64,000 nucleotides of DNA from positions 96,001-160,000 of the forward strand of contig CAVPQB010000001.1 in NCBI GenBank assembly GCA_963707505.1, read 5' to 3'. Both the position numbers and the translations under genes were made by a program. Under the pieces are notes generated by a model that made no database searches, was not told the DNA's origin, and saw nothing but the letters and a program-made list of their open reading frames with translations. The DNA comes from an uncultured Gemmatimonadales bacterium (lineage in GTDB: Bacteria; Gemmatimonadota; Gemmatimonadetes; Gemmatimonadales; Gemmatimonadaceae). Below, in pieces: positions 9,030 through 19,967 of this stretch (position 1 is its first letter; each line of letters opens with the position of its first letter).

Positions 9030-12020
9030 ATGCCAGATATCAGGAACTCGTACAATTCAGGCGGCGCAGAAGCGCGCAGTACCGGCCCGCGATCATCAAG
9101 CTCGGCGCTTGTTCAACGTGACAAGTGGCCGCGGCAGCAAGTACTGCGAAGATTCGTCCTCGGATTTCTGCTCCTTGCATGCGTCGTTGCTGGCGCAGTA
9201 GTGCGCCAGCGCGCCTTGCGGCGCGGCGCGCTCAAAGTATGGAGCAATAACTCAGCACTTCTCCTCAGGCTGACCGCTTCCAACGCTGATGCATGGCTGC
9301 GGGACCGAGAAGGCGGCAGCCAGCTTCTCGCCTCGAGCGCGTCGAGGAGCCCGGCCGTGTTTGGGATCGCTGTATCCGGCCAACCGCATGTCGCTCAGGC
9401 AAAGCTGGGGATTGCGCTGAAGGCTGCACTCAAGGAACTGAGCGCGACCGGGCATTACATAGATATCTGGGTCTTTGACAGCAAAGGGCGACTCGTCACA
9501 TCCGCCATTGGCAGCGTCCCTGCACCTTTCATTACTGCCGCCGCGCTGAGCTCACTCTCACGCGACACCGTCGTTGTAACAGGCCCGCGGGCCGACGGCG
9601 CGGGCACGTCGATTGCCATTGCCCGGCGCATTCCGTTCGCGCCGCCGAACGACACGTCCAAATGGCTCCCAAGCGGCACGGTCATGGGAAGCGTTGTTTT
9701 GATGGTCGACCCGGGCAACACGCTGTTCCGGGGGCTCTCTGACGAAGACGAAGCGTCATCTGGCGGCAGCACATTGATGCTCGTTGTCGGCGAGGACTCC
9801 GTATTCGAATTCCCGTCCGCCGGACATGCTCGCAATGCATGGGCTCGTGCATCACTTCCACCCCTGGAGCGAGCGGCGCTCGCTTCGCACCCCGATTCGA
9901 TTGGCTTCATCCACGGCGCGTACGTGCAGACGGTTCGTACAACTGACGGAGCGCCCTGGCGACTGATACGCCGGGCGTCTACCGCCTCCGTGTATCGGGC
10001 CGCTGACGCTCGGCTTCTCAATGAGCTCGCACTTGCCGGTCTGGTCGCGCTCGGCGCTGTCTGGCTCCTGCTGGCTCGCGCCCGTGCGGCACGGGAACAG
10101 CGGATGCGTGAAGTCCAGGCGTCTGAAACGAATTACCGCCTGCTAGCCGAAAATGCGACTGACATAATCGCGCGGCACGGTATCGATGGTCACATCACGT
10201 ACATTTCCCCCGCTGTTCATTCCACCCTGGGTTACGAGCAGTCGGAGATGATTGGCCATTGTCTCGCAGATAGAACTGCGCTCGGGGCGGAGTCAGCCAT
10301 TGCCGCACTGGTTGTTGATTCGTTCGCGACCGTGGATGTCATCACGGTCGAGTATGTCATGCGTCACGCTGACGGTCGTGACGTGTGGGTGGAAACACTG
10401 GCACGCGCGGTTCGCGATCCCGAGACGGGGCGTGTACAGGAAATGGTCACGGTCACACGCGACATCAGCGCGCGCAAAGAAACAGAAGAAGCGTTGAGCA
10501 GTTCGGAGGAATACCACCGTACGCTGTTCACATCGAATCCCATTCCGATGTGGACGCTGGACCGTGAGTCGCGCGCCCTGCTCGCCGTGAACGACGCTTC
10601 TCTCGCACTGTACGGGTACACACGCGAAGAGTTCCTGAGCATGAATGCGTCCGACCTGGCTACCGGCAACGAATCCGATCTTGTGCAATCGTTGTTCAGC
10701 GACATGGGACGCGGAGCGGTGACGCCACTTCTGAGCCGTCATCGCCACAACGATGGCCATGCGATCGACGTCGAACTATTCGCTGGCGCGGTTCGGGATT
10801 CAGGAAACGAAACAGGTCTCGTCGTGGTCAAGGACGTCACGGACCGCACCAAACTGGAAAATCAGCTTCGCCACTCCCAGAAGATGGACGCTGTAGGCAA
10901 ACTGGCAGGCGGCGTAGCGCACGATTTCAACAACATGCTGACAGTTATATCGAGCTATGCGTGCATGATACTCGCCGAAGGAGCGGATCCCGAAACACTG
11001 CGCGAGGATGTCGGCGAGATCAAGGCCGCAGCCGACCGTGCAGCCGCACTTACACGGCAGTTGCTCGCATTCAGTCGTCAGCAGGTGCTCGAGCCACGCA
11101 TCATCGACCTCAACGTTCTCGTTGGCGGTGTCGAGCAGATGCTGCGCCGGCTTCTTCCAGCGGACATCAACCTCCGGACGTCGCTCGCGTCATCTCTGGG
11201 TCCCGTGCTGGCTGATCCAGGCCAGTTGGAGCAGGTACTCGTCAATCTCGTCGTCAACGCACGCGACGCGATGCCTGGGGGCGGGATCATCACCATAGAA
11301 ACAATGAACCTCAGCGCAGACCCTACATCGATCACGCCCGGATCTGACATACCGCGCGTGATGATCGCCGTCACGGATACAGGCTGCGGCATGTCCAAGG
11401 AGCTGCAGACGCGAATCTTCGACCCGTTCTACACAACGAAGGAGGCAGGTTCTGGAACGGGACTCGGCCTCTCCACCGCTCATGGAATCGTGACGCAATC
11501 AAACGGCACGATTTCAGTGTACAGTGAGCCCGGAGTAGGGAGCACGTTCAAGATCTGCTTGCCGCACGTACGCGAGGCGCTGTCGGTCGGAAGCGGCGAT
11601 CAGGACGAAACCACCCACGGCGCCGACGCGGGCAGCGGGACGATTCTGCTCGTTGAAGACGACACACCGCTACGGTTGGTGGCCACGCGAATCCTCGAGG
11701 ACGCGGGGTACACCGTGCGCACGGCATCCAATGGTATCGAAGCACTCCGTATCGTCGAAGAGCACGGCGAGCCGATTGATCTCGTGCTCACAGATATGGT
11801 AATGCCTGAGGTAGGTGGTCGCGAACTCGTGACCACTCTCCGCGAGCAGGGAAATGCTGTGCCCGTGCTGTACATGTCCGGCTACACCGAGCAAAGCTCG
11901 AGAAACCGGCGCTTCCTCGACGACAACAGCCAGTTCATTCAGAAGCCGTTTACGCCACATGAGCTGACGCGCAAGGTCGCCGAAGTGTTGCGCAAGACGT
12001 CGACAGTGGGTGCAGCATGA
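9030..12020 (+). CDS. Membrane hybrid sensor histidine kinase (TM-extracytoplasmic-TM, 2 PAS, HisKA, HATPase, REC)
   Basis: [12 protein letters not shown]-box, [33 protein letters not shown] motifs LLVEDD..DMVMP..QKPF; start codon uncertain. Confidence 0.93.
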   Translation: MPDIRNSYNSGGAEARSTGPRSSSSALVQRDKWPRQQVLRRFVLGFLLLACVVAGAVVRQRALRRGALKVWSNNSALLLRLTASNADAWLRDREGGSQLLASSASRSPAVFGIAVSGQPHVAQAKLGIALKAALKELSATGHYIDIWVFDSKGRLVTSAIGSVPAPFITAAALSSLSRDTVVVTGPRADGAGTSIAIARRIPFAPPNDTSKWLPSGTVMGSVVLMVDPGNTLFRGLSDEDEASSGGSTLMLVVGEDSVFEFPSAGHARNAWARASLPPLERAALASHPDSIGFIHGAYVQTVRTTDGAPWRLIRRASTASVYRAADARLLNELALAGLVALGAVWLLLARARAAREQRMREVQASETNYRLLAENATDIIARHGIDGHITYISPAVHSTLGYEQSEMIGHCLADRTALGAESAIAALVVDSFATVDVITVEYVMRHADGRDVWVETLARAVRDPETGRVQEMVTVTRDISARKETEEALSSSEEYHRTLFTSNPIPMWTLDRESRALLAVNDASLALYGYTREEFLSMNASDLATGNESDLVQSLFSDMGRGAVTPLLSRHRHNDGHAIDVELFAGAVRDSGNETGLVVVKDVTDRTKLENQLRHSQKMDAVGKLAGGVAHDFNNMLTVISSYACMILAEGADPETLREDVGEIKAAADRAAALTRQLLAFSRQQVLEPRIIDLNVLVGGVEQMLRRLLPADINLRTSLASSLGPVLADPGQLEQVLVNLVVNARDAMPGGGIITIETMNLSADPTSITPGSDIPRVMIAVTDTGCGMSKELQTRIFDPFYTTKEAGSGTGLGLSTAHGIVTQSNGTISVYSEPGVGSTFKICLPHVREALSVGSGDQDETTHGADAGSGTILLVEDDTPLRLVATRILEDAGYTVRTASNGIEALRIVEEHGEPIDLVLTDMVMPEVGGRELVTTLREQGNAVPVLYMSGYTEQSSRNRRFLDDNSQFIQKPFTPHELTRKVAEVLRKTSTVGAA

Positions 12021-13480
12021 CGACTAGCCAGGGGGCCATAGCCCCGCGTGACACTGTCGAATCACGCTCGGCGTACGAAACGCACCGCGATGAATCGGGG
12101 GCACTCCCGCGGGTGCTATGTGTCGACGATGAGCCGGCAGTCTTGCGTGCGACGAGACGCGTCCTGGCCCGTCATTTCGACGTGACGATGGCGGCTGGTG
12201 GCCTTGCTGCGCTCGACGCGGTGCGTCATGCCAAAATACCGTTTGCGGCAGTCGTGTCGGATCTCAGAATGCCTGAGTTGAACGGTATCGGACTGCTGCA
12301 ATGCGTGCGACAGCACGCGCCCGAAACGGCACGCGTGCTCCTCACAGGAAATGCAGACGTCGCGGCTGCTGTGGACGCCGTCAATGCTGGTGAGGTGTTC
12401 AGGTTTCTCACGAAGCCGTGCCCTCCTGAAAGCCTCATCGAAGCCGTCAACGCAGCGTGTGCGCAATATCGGCGGATGCAAGCCACGCCATCTCGCGAGC
12501 GACAATCCGAAACCCCGGCGGCGCTCGCAGCCCATCAGACAGTCAAGGCACAGCCCCAGGGCAGCGAGGCGTCCACAGGATCACCACGCGACATCGGTTA
12601 CGCTGGCGCCGGTGCGGTAGCAGCCACAGCAAGTAAACAAGCCGAGACGAACGAGCCGGAGACGTCCACATTGGTTGTCGACGACCCCGTGCTTCTCGGC
12701 TATATCGAAGTGTTGCGAGCCGTGCTGGCGGATGTGCGCCCCTCCGCAACCAGCTGCGCGGCAAGGATCGAGCATCGTGTCGCCCAGGTGTTGGACGCCG
12801 TGCATCTCTCCATCGCGGATCACGTGAAGACGGCTGCCGTCCTGTCGCAGCTCGGCAGCACGAGCCTTGCGCAGGATGTCGCCGAACGGATCTATGGGGG
12901 CTGGGCTCTCTCGGCGGATGACCGTGCGTGTGCCGCACGAATTCGTCCAAGATCGGCCGACCTTCTCGTGGGAAGTCCCTCACTCGCTCTCGTGAGAAGG
13001 ATTCTCGTGCATCAGACCCCGGGCGGGACGGAAACGTCCGGCTCCGACGCAAGCGACCACGAGACGTTGGGTCCCGGTGACTTTACCGCGCAGATTCTGG
13101 ATGAGCTGGAGCTGGGTGCACGAATTCTGGACATCGCCTTGATGCTGGACGACATCGAGCGGCGAGCCGCTGATCCGGACAAGATGGCGCGACAGGTAAC
13201 CGAACTCCTGGCGGAGCTGGAGAGCCGCCCATCGAAGCATGATGGGTTGCTTGTCGACAGCTTTCGCATAGCGATGCGAGCACCATCGGACGAGCGCCTC
13301 CGCACGATTCGGCTACGCGAGGCTCACGGCGATATGGTACTAGCAGCGGACGTCGTCGCTCCAAACGGATTGCTGGTTGCCAGACGAGGACAGCGAATCG
13401 GCGAAATCCTGGCCAAGCGAACAACGGCGAGCTGGAGTGCCGCGCTTCTCGACCAGTCGGTTCAGGTTACCGACCTCTGA
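12017..13480 (+). CDS. Response regulator: REC plus degenerate HD-like output domain
   Basis: CVDDE..SDLRMP..LTG..LTKP; AAVLSQLG where AALLHDIG is expected; ATGA overlap with the kinase. Confidence 0.8.
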   Translation: MTTSQGAIAPRDTVESRSAYETHRDESGALPRVLCVDDEPAVLRATRRVLARHFDVTMAAGGLAALDAVRHAKIPFAAVVSDLRMPELNGIGLLQCVRQHAPETARVLLTGNADVAAAVDAVNAGEVFRFLTKPCPPESLIEAVNAACAQYRRMQATPSRERQSETPAALAAHQTVKAQPQGSEASTGSPRDIGYAGAGAVAATASKQAETNEPETSTLVVDDPVLLGYIEVLRAVLADVRPSATSCAARIEHRVAQVLDAVHLSIADHVKTAAVLSQLGSTSLAQDVAERIYGGWALSADDRACAARIRPRSADLLVGSPSLALVRRILVHQTPGGTETSGSDASDHETLGPGDFTAQILDELELGARILDIALMLDDIERRAADPDKMARQVTELLAELESRPSKHDGLLVDSFRIAMRAPSDERLRTIRLREAHGDMVLAADVVAPNGLLVARRGQRIGEILAKRTTASWSAALLDQSVQVTDL

Positions 13481-13961
13481 CAGGCCGTATGGACGGTGGG
13501 CGCTGACGATCCACCGCCCACGCGTTGCGTTGAGCGGCCTGCCACACCATCATCACGAGCTGGCCCGCCGGTCGCAGGACACTGCGGATGCTGGTGAACG
13601 CCGACACGGGATCGGAGAAGAACATCGTGCCGAATCGGCTGATCACCAGGTCGACCGACTCGGGCTGGAACGGATGTCGCGCCGCATCGCCGCGCACGTA
13701 ATCGACATTGCGAATTCCGGCGGCGAGCGTGAGTTGCCGCGCCTCACGAAGTGCATGCTCGGCGATGTCGATTCCCATCACGCGACCGTGGCTCGCGATG
13801 AGCGCTGCATCACGCGTCGTCTGACCGGCGCCGCACCCGATGTCGAGCAGTCTGTCGCTGCGACGAACGTTAAGGACGCGCCGCAGCGCGTCTTGATGAC
13901 GTTGCAGCTCTGAATCGTAGTCGATCATCGAAAGCGTGTGCGTAGTGCTCTGGCTAGGCAT
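13467..13961 (-). pseudogene. Class I SAM methyltransferase, apparently C-terminally truncated
   Basis: LLDIGCGAG, DLVISRFGTMFF, LRPAG..VWQ; ends soon after, overlapping the 3' end of the convergent gene. Confidence 0.65.
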
Positions 13962-14994
13962 CGCTCTCGAGCACCAGTCCACCCAACACTTCTCGGTTCC
14001 GGATCCGGTCAATAGCCTCGTTCACTTGAGAGAAGGGCATGACATCCACCGACGCCTGAATGTGGTGGGCCGCCGCAAGCTCGAGCATCCGCGCGGTGTC
14101 GGAGCGACTCCCAACGTAGTTGCCATAGATGCGACGACGCCCATAGTCGTACAACAGTCCGGCACTCAACGAGAGTGGCTGCAATGGCGACGCCACCAGA
14201 CAGAGTTGCCCCTCTGGCTTCAGCAACCGCAAGCAGGAATTCAAGGCGAATGGAACGTTCAACGTGGACAGGATGAAGTCGAACGTCGCGCGGCGCTCGG
14301 TCAGTTCTTCCAAGCGCGAGCTGTCCACGAACTCGCCCCCGAGATGTTCGACCATCTCTCGCTTCTCGGGTGAATGTGAAAGCCCCGAAACTGTGTGCCC
14401 CATCGCGACCAGGAATCGGAGGGCGAGGCTGCCGAGGTCTCCGACGCCGAGCACGGCGACGCGGGCGCGATCGGGTAGGTTCGCATGCCGGATTCCGGCG
14501 TATACCGTGAGGCCGGACGAGAACAGTGGCGTCGATGCCGGTGAGTCGAGCTCGGGTGGGATAGCGAACGCGAACCTCCCGTCGACGACCACGTGATCGG
14601 CGAGGCCGCCGTAAGCGTTGACGGAAACCACCCTTTGGCTCGCGCAGAACTGCTCGGTGCCCTGCATGCAGTACGTGCACTCGAAGCAGGCCCCCAACTG
14701 ATATCCGATCCCCACGCGGTCGCCCGGTCGGACATGGGTCACGCGCGGGCCCGTCCACTCGACGACGCCGAGCATCTCGTGACTTGGGACCAGCGGAAAG
14801 CGCGTATCGCCCCAGTCGTTGTCGATGGCCTGCACGTCGCCTCGCGCGATGGTGCGGTGCGTGATTCGCACCAAGGCATCCTGAGCGCTGAGCACCGCAT
14901 CGTATTCGAATGGCGTCGCCGTGCCGCCGGCCTCCATGATGGCGTAGGCTTTGATTCGCATGACATCTCCGACCCGGAGAGCTGTACCGGCCAT
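13954..14994 (-). CDS. Medium-chain dehydrogenase/reductase (cinnamyl-alcohol dehydrogenase/Ahr-like) with atypical active site
   Basis: PLVPSHE, GDRVG, structural-Zn motif CFECTYC..C, GVGDLG Rossmann motif. Confidence 0.88.
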   Translation of the reverse strand: MAGTALRVGDVMRIKAYAIMEAGGTATPFEYDAVLSAQDALVRITHRTIARGDVQAIDNDWGDTRFPLVPSHEMLGVVEWTGPRVTHVRPGDRVGIGYQLGACFECTYCMQGTEQFCASQRVVSVNAYGGLADHVVVDGRFAFAIPPELDSPASTPLFSSGLTVYAGIRHANLPDRARVAVLGVGDLGSLALRFLVAMGHTVSGLSHSPEKREMVEHLGGEFVDSSRLEELTERRATFDFILSTLNVPFALNSCLRLLKPEGQLCLVASPLQPLSLSAGLLYDYGRRRIYGNYVGSRSDTARMLELAAAHHIQASVDVMPFSQVNEAIDRIRNREVLGGLVLESDA

Positions 14995-15169
14995 GGCGAT
15001 TCTCTCACTCTAACGTGATGCTGCTGGCCTCAAGCACGGGTCGTACCATGCACGGACTAGTGTCCGTTATCGAGTTAGCGACCTTTCGCCCGAGCTTAGC
15101 GGTATCGAAGTTGCTGGGCTCGGCACCCAGTGGGATCTTTGGGTGATGCTCGACATGCTGGGCAGAAGG

Positions 15170-15229
15170 CACATCGTCATTGATACCGACCCGCAAGGCG
15201 CTGCCTTCGCGCTCGTCGGCGGCAAGTGA
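15170..15229 (+). pseudogene. C-terminal remnant of a VOC/glyoxalase gene
   Basis: Reads IVIDTDPQGAAFALVGGK*, a typical VOC end, just before the gaggag RBS of the next gene; no recognisable N-terminal part. Confidence 0.5.
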
Positions 15230-15240
15230 GGAGAGCGAAC

Positions 15241-15734
15241 ATGAGCAAGATGACCACCTGCCTGTGGTTCGACCGCGGCAAGGCCCGCGAGGCGGCCGAG
15301 TTCTACGCGAGCGTGTTCCCCGACAGCCACGTCGGGAAAGGCCACGCCTCCGCCGCGGACAATCCGTCTGCGAAGGCGGGCGAGGAGCTCACCGTCGAGT
15401 TCACCGTCCTGGGTCAGGCGTACATCGGCCTGAATGGCGGGCCGAATTTCAAGCCGAACGAGGCGGTCAGCTTCATGGTCCTGACCGACAACCAGGAAGA
15501 GACCGATCGTTACTGGAACGCGATCGTCGGCAATGGCGGCGAGGAGAGCCAGTGCGGCTGGTGCAAGGATCGCTGGGGCTTCTCCTGGCAGATCACGCCG
15601 CGCGTGCTGCTCGAGGCGACGACCGACCCGGATCGCGCCGCCGCGAAGCGCGCCATGGAAGCCATGATGACGATGAGGAAGATCGACATCGCCACGATCG
15701 AGGCCGCGCGCCGGGGCGAAGGGCCGAGGAGTAA
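15241..15734 (+). CDS. VOC family protein (PhnB/3-demethylubiquinone-9 methyltransferase-like); stop codon uncertain
   Basis: TCLWFD..AAEFY, LNGGP.F, CGWCKDRWGFSWQITP, MRKIDIA. The frame stays open to 16050 but family-like sequence ends near 15716. Confidence 0.88.
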
Positions 15735-15748
15735 GATCACCGGCGGAG

Positions 15749-16207
15749 TTATTCAGATTTGCATATCCGTCTATTCGCTGAATCTGCAGGCCAGAGTTTG
15801 GCGAGCGTCTTACATGCTGCGCGCACATCTGATGGCCGCCTGGCGAGGCTCATGGCAGCGATATAGTCATGGTAGAAGTTTGAGTCCGGAAGCCCGCGCA
15901 TGTATGCCGCGCGGGCAAGCCGGATGCCGCGCTCCCAGTCGCCACCTTCGATCGCCCACAGTCCCACAGATGCGATTCTGGCTGTCGAGTCGCCGCGCGG
16001 AGTTCCATCGCTGCGATAGTCGAACCATCCTTTTGAGGCAGGTGGTGTAAACACGTCCGCTAAATCCTTTGCTGTCAGCGGCGCCGTGTCGTCGACAAGG
16101 GTTGCGCGCGCTGGATGATGGCACGCGCCGCTTGCGACGAGAACAAAGATTAGAATGAACAATCTCATTGCTGCAGTACCAATGCGCGACTCACGGCTGG
16201 TTTCCAT
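15749..16207 (-). CDS. Hypothetical exported/lipoprotein
   Basis: MRLFILIFVLVASGAC lipoprotein-like leader. Confidence 0.55.
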   Translation of the reverse strand: METSRESRIGTAAMRLFILIFVLVASGACHHPARATLVDDTAPLTAKDLADVFTPPASKGWFDYRSDGTPRGDSTARIASVGLWAIEGGDWERGIRLARAAYMRGLPDSNFYHDYIAAMSLARRPSDVRAACKTLAKLWPADSANRRICKSE

Positions 16208-16253
16208 AGGAGATCATTTCCATTGACCGCGGACGCCTCGCTGCGCGTGCGGC

Positions 16254-16886
16254 TCAACGTTCATACCGGCGCCCCGTTAGCCTGACGACCCAGCCCGGCA
16301 TATCATAGGCCTGCAGCTGCTCCAGATTGCGTTCGCGCATTTGCTCTGGAGTCCACCACGGTGTCTGAAGCACGGTGCTGTAGTACTTCAGCAGCGATTC
16401 GTTATCGGGCAAGAGCGTGGCGAAAGCGATTTGTTGACGAACCGCTGCAGCCTCGTGACGCGCCGCAGTTACTCGTGGCGTCTTCACCACTCCCCGACCA
16501 AATATTCGCGCGTGCGCTGCCTCGTGCACCAACGTCATTGCAGTTGATCGTGCATCGCCTGCAACTACATTCTGCCAACTTAGTACACAGCGTCGCGTGC
16601 TGACCTCGAAGTATGCCCCGCCCGCCCGCACGAGCCAGATCGCGGACAGGTCTCGGCGCATGCGACTGAGGCGGCGGTGGTCGTACTTGTCGATCAGGCC
16701 GAGCGCCAGAGTAACCTTGGCGAAGAAGAGCTCGTTGACTCCATCCTTTGCGTCGTCGAGACTGACAAGCGGAATTCCGTACGCGGAGGCGCGTCCGCAA
16801 CGCAATGCGACTATGCCGATAAGGGCACGAGAGATGTGCCCGCCCACGCCTTTCAGCACCTGTGAGCCAAATGCCCTAAATTCCAT
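16254..16886 (-). CDS. Hypothetical protein with HEXXH motif (putative zinc metallopeptidase)
   Basis: LVHEAAHAR followed about 20 aa later by RHEAAA. Confidence 0.55.
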   Translation of the reverse strand: MEFRAFGSQVLKGVGGHISRALIGIVALRCGRASAYGIPLVSLDDAKDGVNELFFAKVTLALGLIDKYDHRRLSRMRRDLSAIWLVRAGGAYFEVSTRRCVLSWQNVVAGDARSTAMTLVHEAAHARIFGRGVVKTPRVTAARHEAAAVRQQIAFATLLPDNESLLKYYSTVLQTPWWTPEQMRERNLEQLQAYDMPGWVVRLTGRRYER

Positions 16887-17789
16887 TGTCGCGCGCGACC
16901 GTGAGCGTCGGGTGGGTTCCCCGAAAAGATACGACTTCCTTGCTACTTCAGCGACTTGGTTTTCCTGACGATTCCGTTTTCCCCGTCGTTCGTGCCGCCG
17001 AGCGCTTGCTCGTTGCCGCCAAAATTGAAGGTGACGACGCCGTTCTCACATTGGATACCGGTATGCGACTCGACGTTTACCTCGACCGATCTTATGTCGA
17101 GCGGCGACAGTTCGCCATTGAATGGCGTGGCGACCGGTTCGGAGTGTGCCCAACGGGCGACTTCACTATGCTTGGTCGACAGCGTGCATTTAAGACGGCG
17201 ACAGTTCAAGCGCTTCCCACAGAGAAGGGGCGTGATTCTGCTTATGCCGGTACGTTGGGGACGATGTTCTTCAATGATGGATTGCTCGGGATGGACTGGG
17301 CGAGCGGTGAGATAGCACGGACCTCTCAGCACGATGCTATACGTGCGCTTCTTCCCGACCCGACGCACCGACTGGATCTGTTGCCGAACGTCCAGGACGG
17401 CGTTCCGTTTACTCGATCATTGAGGATCGACGGCCTCCGGACAAATCCGACATTAGTCGTCGCCTCCGATCGCAGCTCATGGATTTCGGCGCACGATTGC
17501 GACCCGCGTCTCTTCAGAGCGACATAACCTGGACGAGATTGGATTGGCACTGAATGAGAAGTGCGACGTGCCTCTCGTGTTTAGGAACAGTACGCCAATG
17601 CAACACTCGATGCGGATCCATACATCCATTGAGCAGTACGGGAAGGGTTGGGGTGTACCAGAGTGCGACGGAATTCTGGGTGGCGACTTCCTGCGTCGCT
17701 GGCTTGTGGTTCTCGACATTCCAGCGGGACATCTCCTACTGTACGATTACGCCCGTGTCCTACCGGAGCTGAAGATTTCACGCTATTAG
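16886..17789 (+). pseudogene. Split retropepsin-like protein
   Basis: ORF 16886..17527 has LTLDTG..GTLG (sequence is plus-strand); ORF 17544..17789 in another frame has DGILGGDFLRRWLVVLD, a typical retropepsin C-terminus. Confidence 0.5.
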
Positions 17790-17888
17790 GATGATTTTGG
17801 TCATCGTCGGATGAATTGGGATGAACCGTTGGAACTTGGAGCGGCGAGTACACTGTGCACCCGAGTCAGCGCGCCGCTGGCAACAGTA

Positions 17889-18626
17889 ATGCGCCTCGCC
17901 ATGCGCCTCACCATCCGTCGTACCGTCGCGACATACACCACGGTGCTCGTCACAGCGGCGACAGCGATTCTTCCGGCGTCGCCGCTCGCGGCGCAAAGTA
18001 ACAGCAAGCACGACAGCACAGGCTTTCCGCAACCCACCATCGCCGCGACCGTCGTGCTCCTCGCCACGGGCGCTGCACTCGATCGGCCCATGCGTCGCTT
18101 GATCGCCAATCGCGGTCACGGTGCAGTTGTCAATTCGCTTTCGAACGCCGGCAACGACTTGGGGACGGCGGGACACATCATACCGGTACTGGCCGGTTCG
18201 TATCTGGTGGAGCGTATCGCAGGACGAAGGCGCACCGCGGATGACATCGTCGACGCCGCAGCTGGCTACGCAGCATCGGACATAATCGAAGGACTGCTCA
18301 AAAGCGCGGTAGGACGGGAACGCCCGATGGCGAGTGGGAATCCCGAACGATTTCACCCGTTCACAAGCCGCGGCGACTTTCACTCGTTTCCATCCGGGCA
18401 CATGACTCACATCGCCTCGATCGCTGCGGCGGCGGCGATAGAATCACACGAGCCCTGGGTTCGTGCGCTCGGGATCAGCGCGACTACGCTCGTGGGTTGG
18501 CAGCGTATACACGCCGATCAGCACTGGACCAGTGACGTGATCGCTGGCACGCTGCTCGGCGATTTCGTCAGCAGTGCAGTGGTGCGTCGGTTGCGACGAC
18601 TACACGGGCATCCGTTCGGCCTGTGA
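17889..18626 (+). CDS. PAP2 family phosphatase
   Basis: KSAVGRERP, SFPSGH, RIHADQHWTSDV. Confidence 0.88.
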   Translation: MRLAMRLTIRRTVATYTTVLVTAATAILPASPLAAQSNSKHDSTGFPQPTIAATVVLLATGAALDRPMRRLIANRGHGAVVNSLSNAGNDLGTAGHIIPVLAGSYLVERIAGRRRTADDIVDAAAGYAASDIIEGLLKSAVGRERPMASGNPERFHPFTSRGDFHSFPSGHMTHIASIAAAAAIESHEPWVRALGISATTLVGWQRIHADQHWTSDVIAGTLLGDFVSSAVVRRLRRLHGHPFGL

Positions 18627-18688
18627 GCCAATCACGGGTATGCGGGATCCGATAATTTTACTTCAATCCCAACGAACTGGATGAACCG

Positions 18689-19558
18689 ATGAGTCTTTCC
18701 GGCGCAGACGATCCCTCCGACGTGGTAAAGCACTACGCGACTGCATCGCTCACGGAGCAGATAAGCGACGCGATCGCTCGGGCCGGCTTCGTGGATGATC
18801 ACACTCCGGTAACCTGGAAGGACCTCGCTCCGCTGGATCAGTTTCATGTGGGCGGTCTTGCCGCAACTGAGGAGCTTGCCGCCAAGCTGCAACTCGCACC
18901 CGGCGCAACGGTGCTCGACATCGGCAGCGGACTCGGCGGCCCGAGCCGGTTTCTCGCAGCGACGCATGGCGCGCGCGTAACCGGAATCGACCTGAGTCCG
19001 CCGTTCGTCGAAGCTGCGACGATGCTGTCGGAGCGTACGGGACTCGCAGACCGCACGACATTTCGTGTTGCAGATGCACTCCAGCTCCCGTTCGGCGAAT
19101 CGAGCTTCGATTATGCATGGACACAACACGTTGCGATGAACATCCGCGACAGGGCTCACCTCTACGGTGAGATCTTTCGCGTGCTCAAACCGGGCGGAAT
19201 GTTCGCGATCCATGACGTAATCCTTGGCGACAGCGGCCCTCTGATCTTCCCCGTTCCATGGGCGCGCGGGCCTGAAATCAGTTTTCTGCTCACTTCCGAC
19301 GCGATGCGCGAGGTGTTGATACGCACTGGTTTCGACGTGGTATCATGGGCCGACACGACAGCCGTCGCGCTTGATTGGATCGTAAAGCAACAGGATGCGC
19401 GCTCGCGACTTCCGTCGTCACCTGCACTCGGACTCCGCCTCGTCATGCCACCAGACTTCCCCGTCATGATTGCGAACCTGGGGCGTAATCTTGCCGAAGG
19501 GCGAGCGCGACTGCTTCAGGCGATCGTCAGGTCGTCCGCTACAGATCCCGCTCGTTGA
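18689..19558 (+). CDS. Class I SAM methyltransferase
   Basis: LDQFHVGG, VLDIGSGLGG, QHVAMNI, RVLKPGG. Confidence 0.88.
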   Translation: MSLSGADDPSDVVKHYATASLTEQISDAIARAGFVDDHTPVTWKDLAPLDQFHVGGLAATEELAAKLQLAPGATVLDIGSGLGGPSRFLAATHGARVTGIDLSPPFVEAATMLSERTGLADRTTFRVADALQLPFGESSFDYAWTQHVAMNIRDRAHLYGEIFRVLKPGGMFAIHDVILGDSGPLIFPVPWARGPEISFLLTSDAMREVLIRTGFDVVSWADTTAVALDWIVKQQDARSRLPSSPALGLRLVMPPDFPVMIANLGRNLAEGRARLLQAIVRSSATDPAR

Positions 19559-19733
19559 AATGCCAGATCGCGACGCCGAGCACGATGCAGAGATACGCGG
19601 CGGCATAGACAATCGCAGTACTACTCGGGATCGAGACGTTCGCGAATGGCGAGAACGACAACGACCCAGCCAGCGGCGTCTGCATCTCGTACGCCGCCCG
19701 GCGCCACAGAGATTCGCCCGGCATGATCAGACA
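19539..19733 (-). pseudogene. C-terminal fragment of an ABC transporter permease
   Basis: LIMPGESLWRRAAYEMQ..SPF, a TM segment, then WHFNERDL* ending typical of ABC-2 type permeases; upstream part absent. Confidence 0.55.
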
Positions 19734-19967
19734 ACAGCCTGCTGCCATCTCCTTGGTCTCATTCCAAACTCCATTGCACCCCCGAGCTATCGGGGAACAG
19801 GTCCGCGGATTTCAGGTCAAAACAATCAGGATATACTGGATGTGTGAGGTACGATTGTGGAACCTATGCGGCTCACCTTACTGCTGGATAACAAAAAAAC
19901 CGCCCGTACCTGCACACGGACATTAGAATAGAGGCTGGTTACCATCATCACCGGTCTGCGCAGAACC

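Noticed and set aside
15008..15080. Integron attC-like site (ctaac...gttag) upstream of the ADH gene
   Set aside because: Only the 5-bp ends pair. There is no convincing internal L-box symmetry, no second similar site and no integrase.
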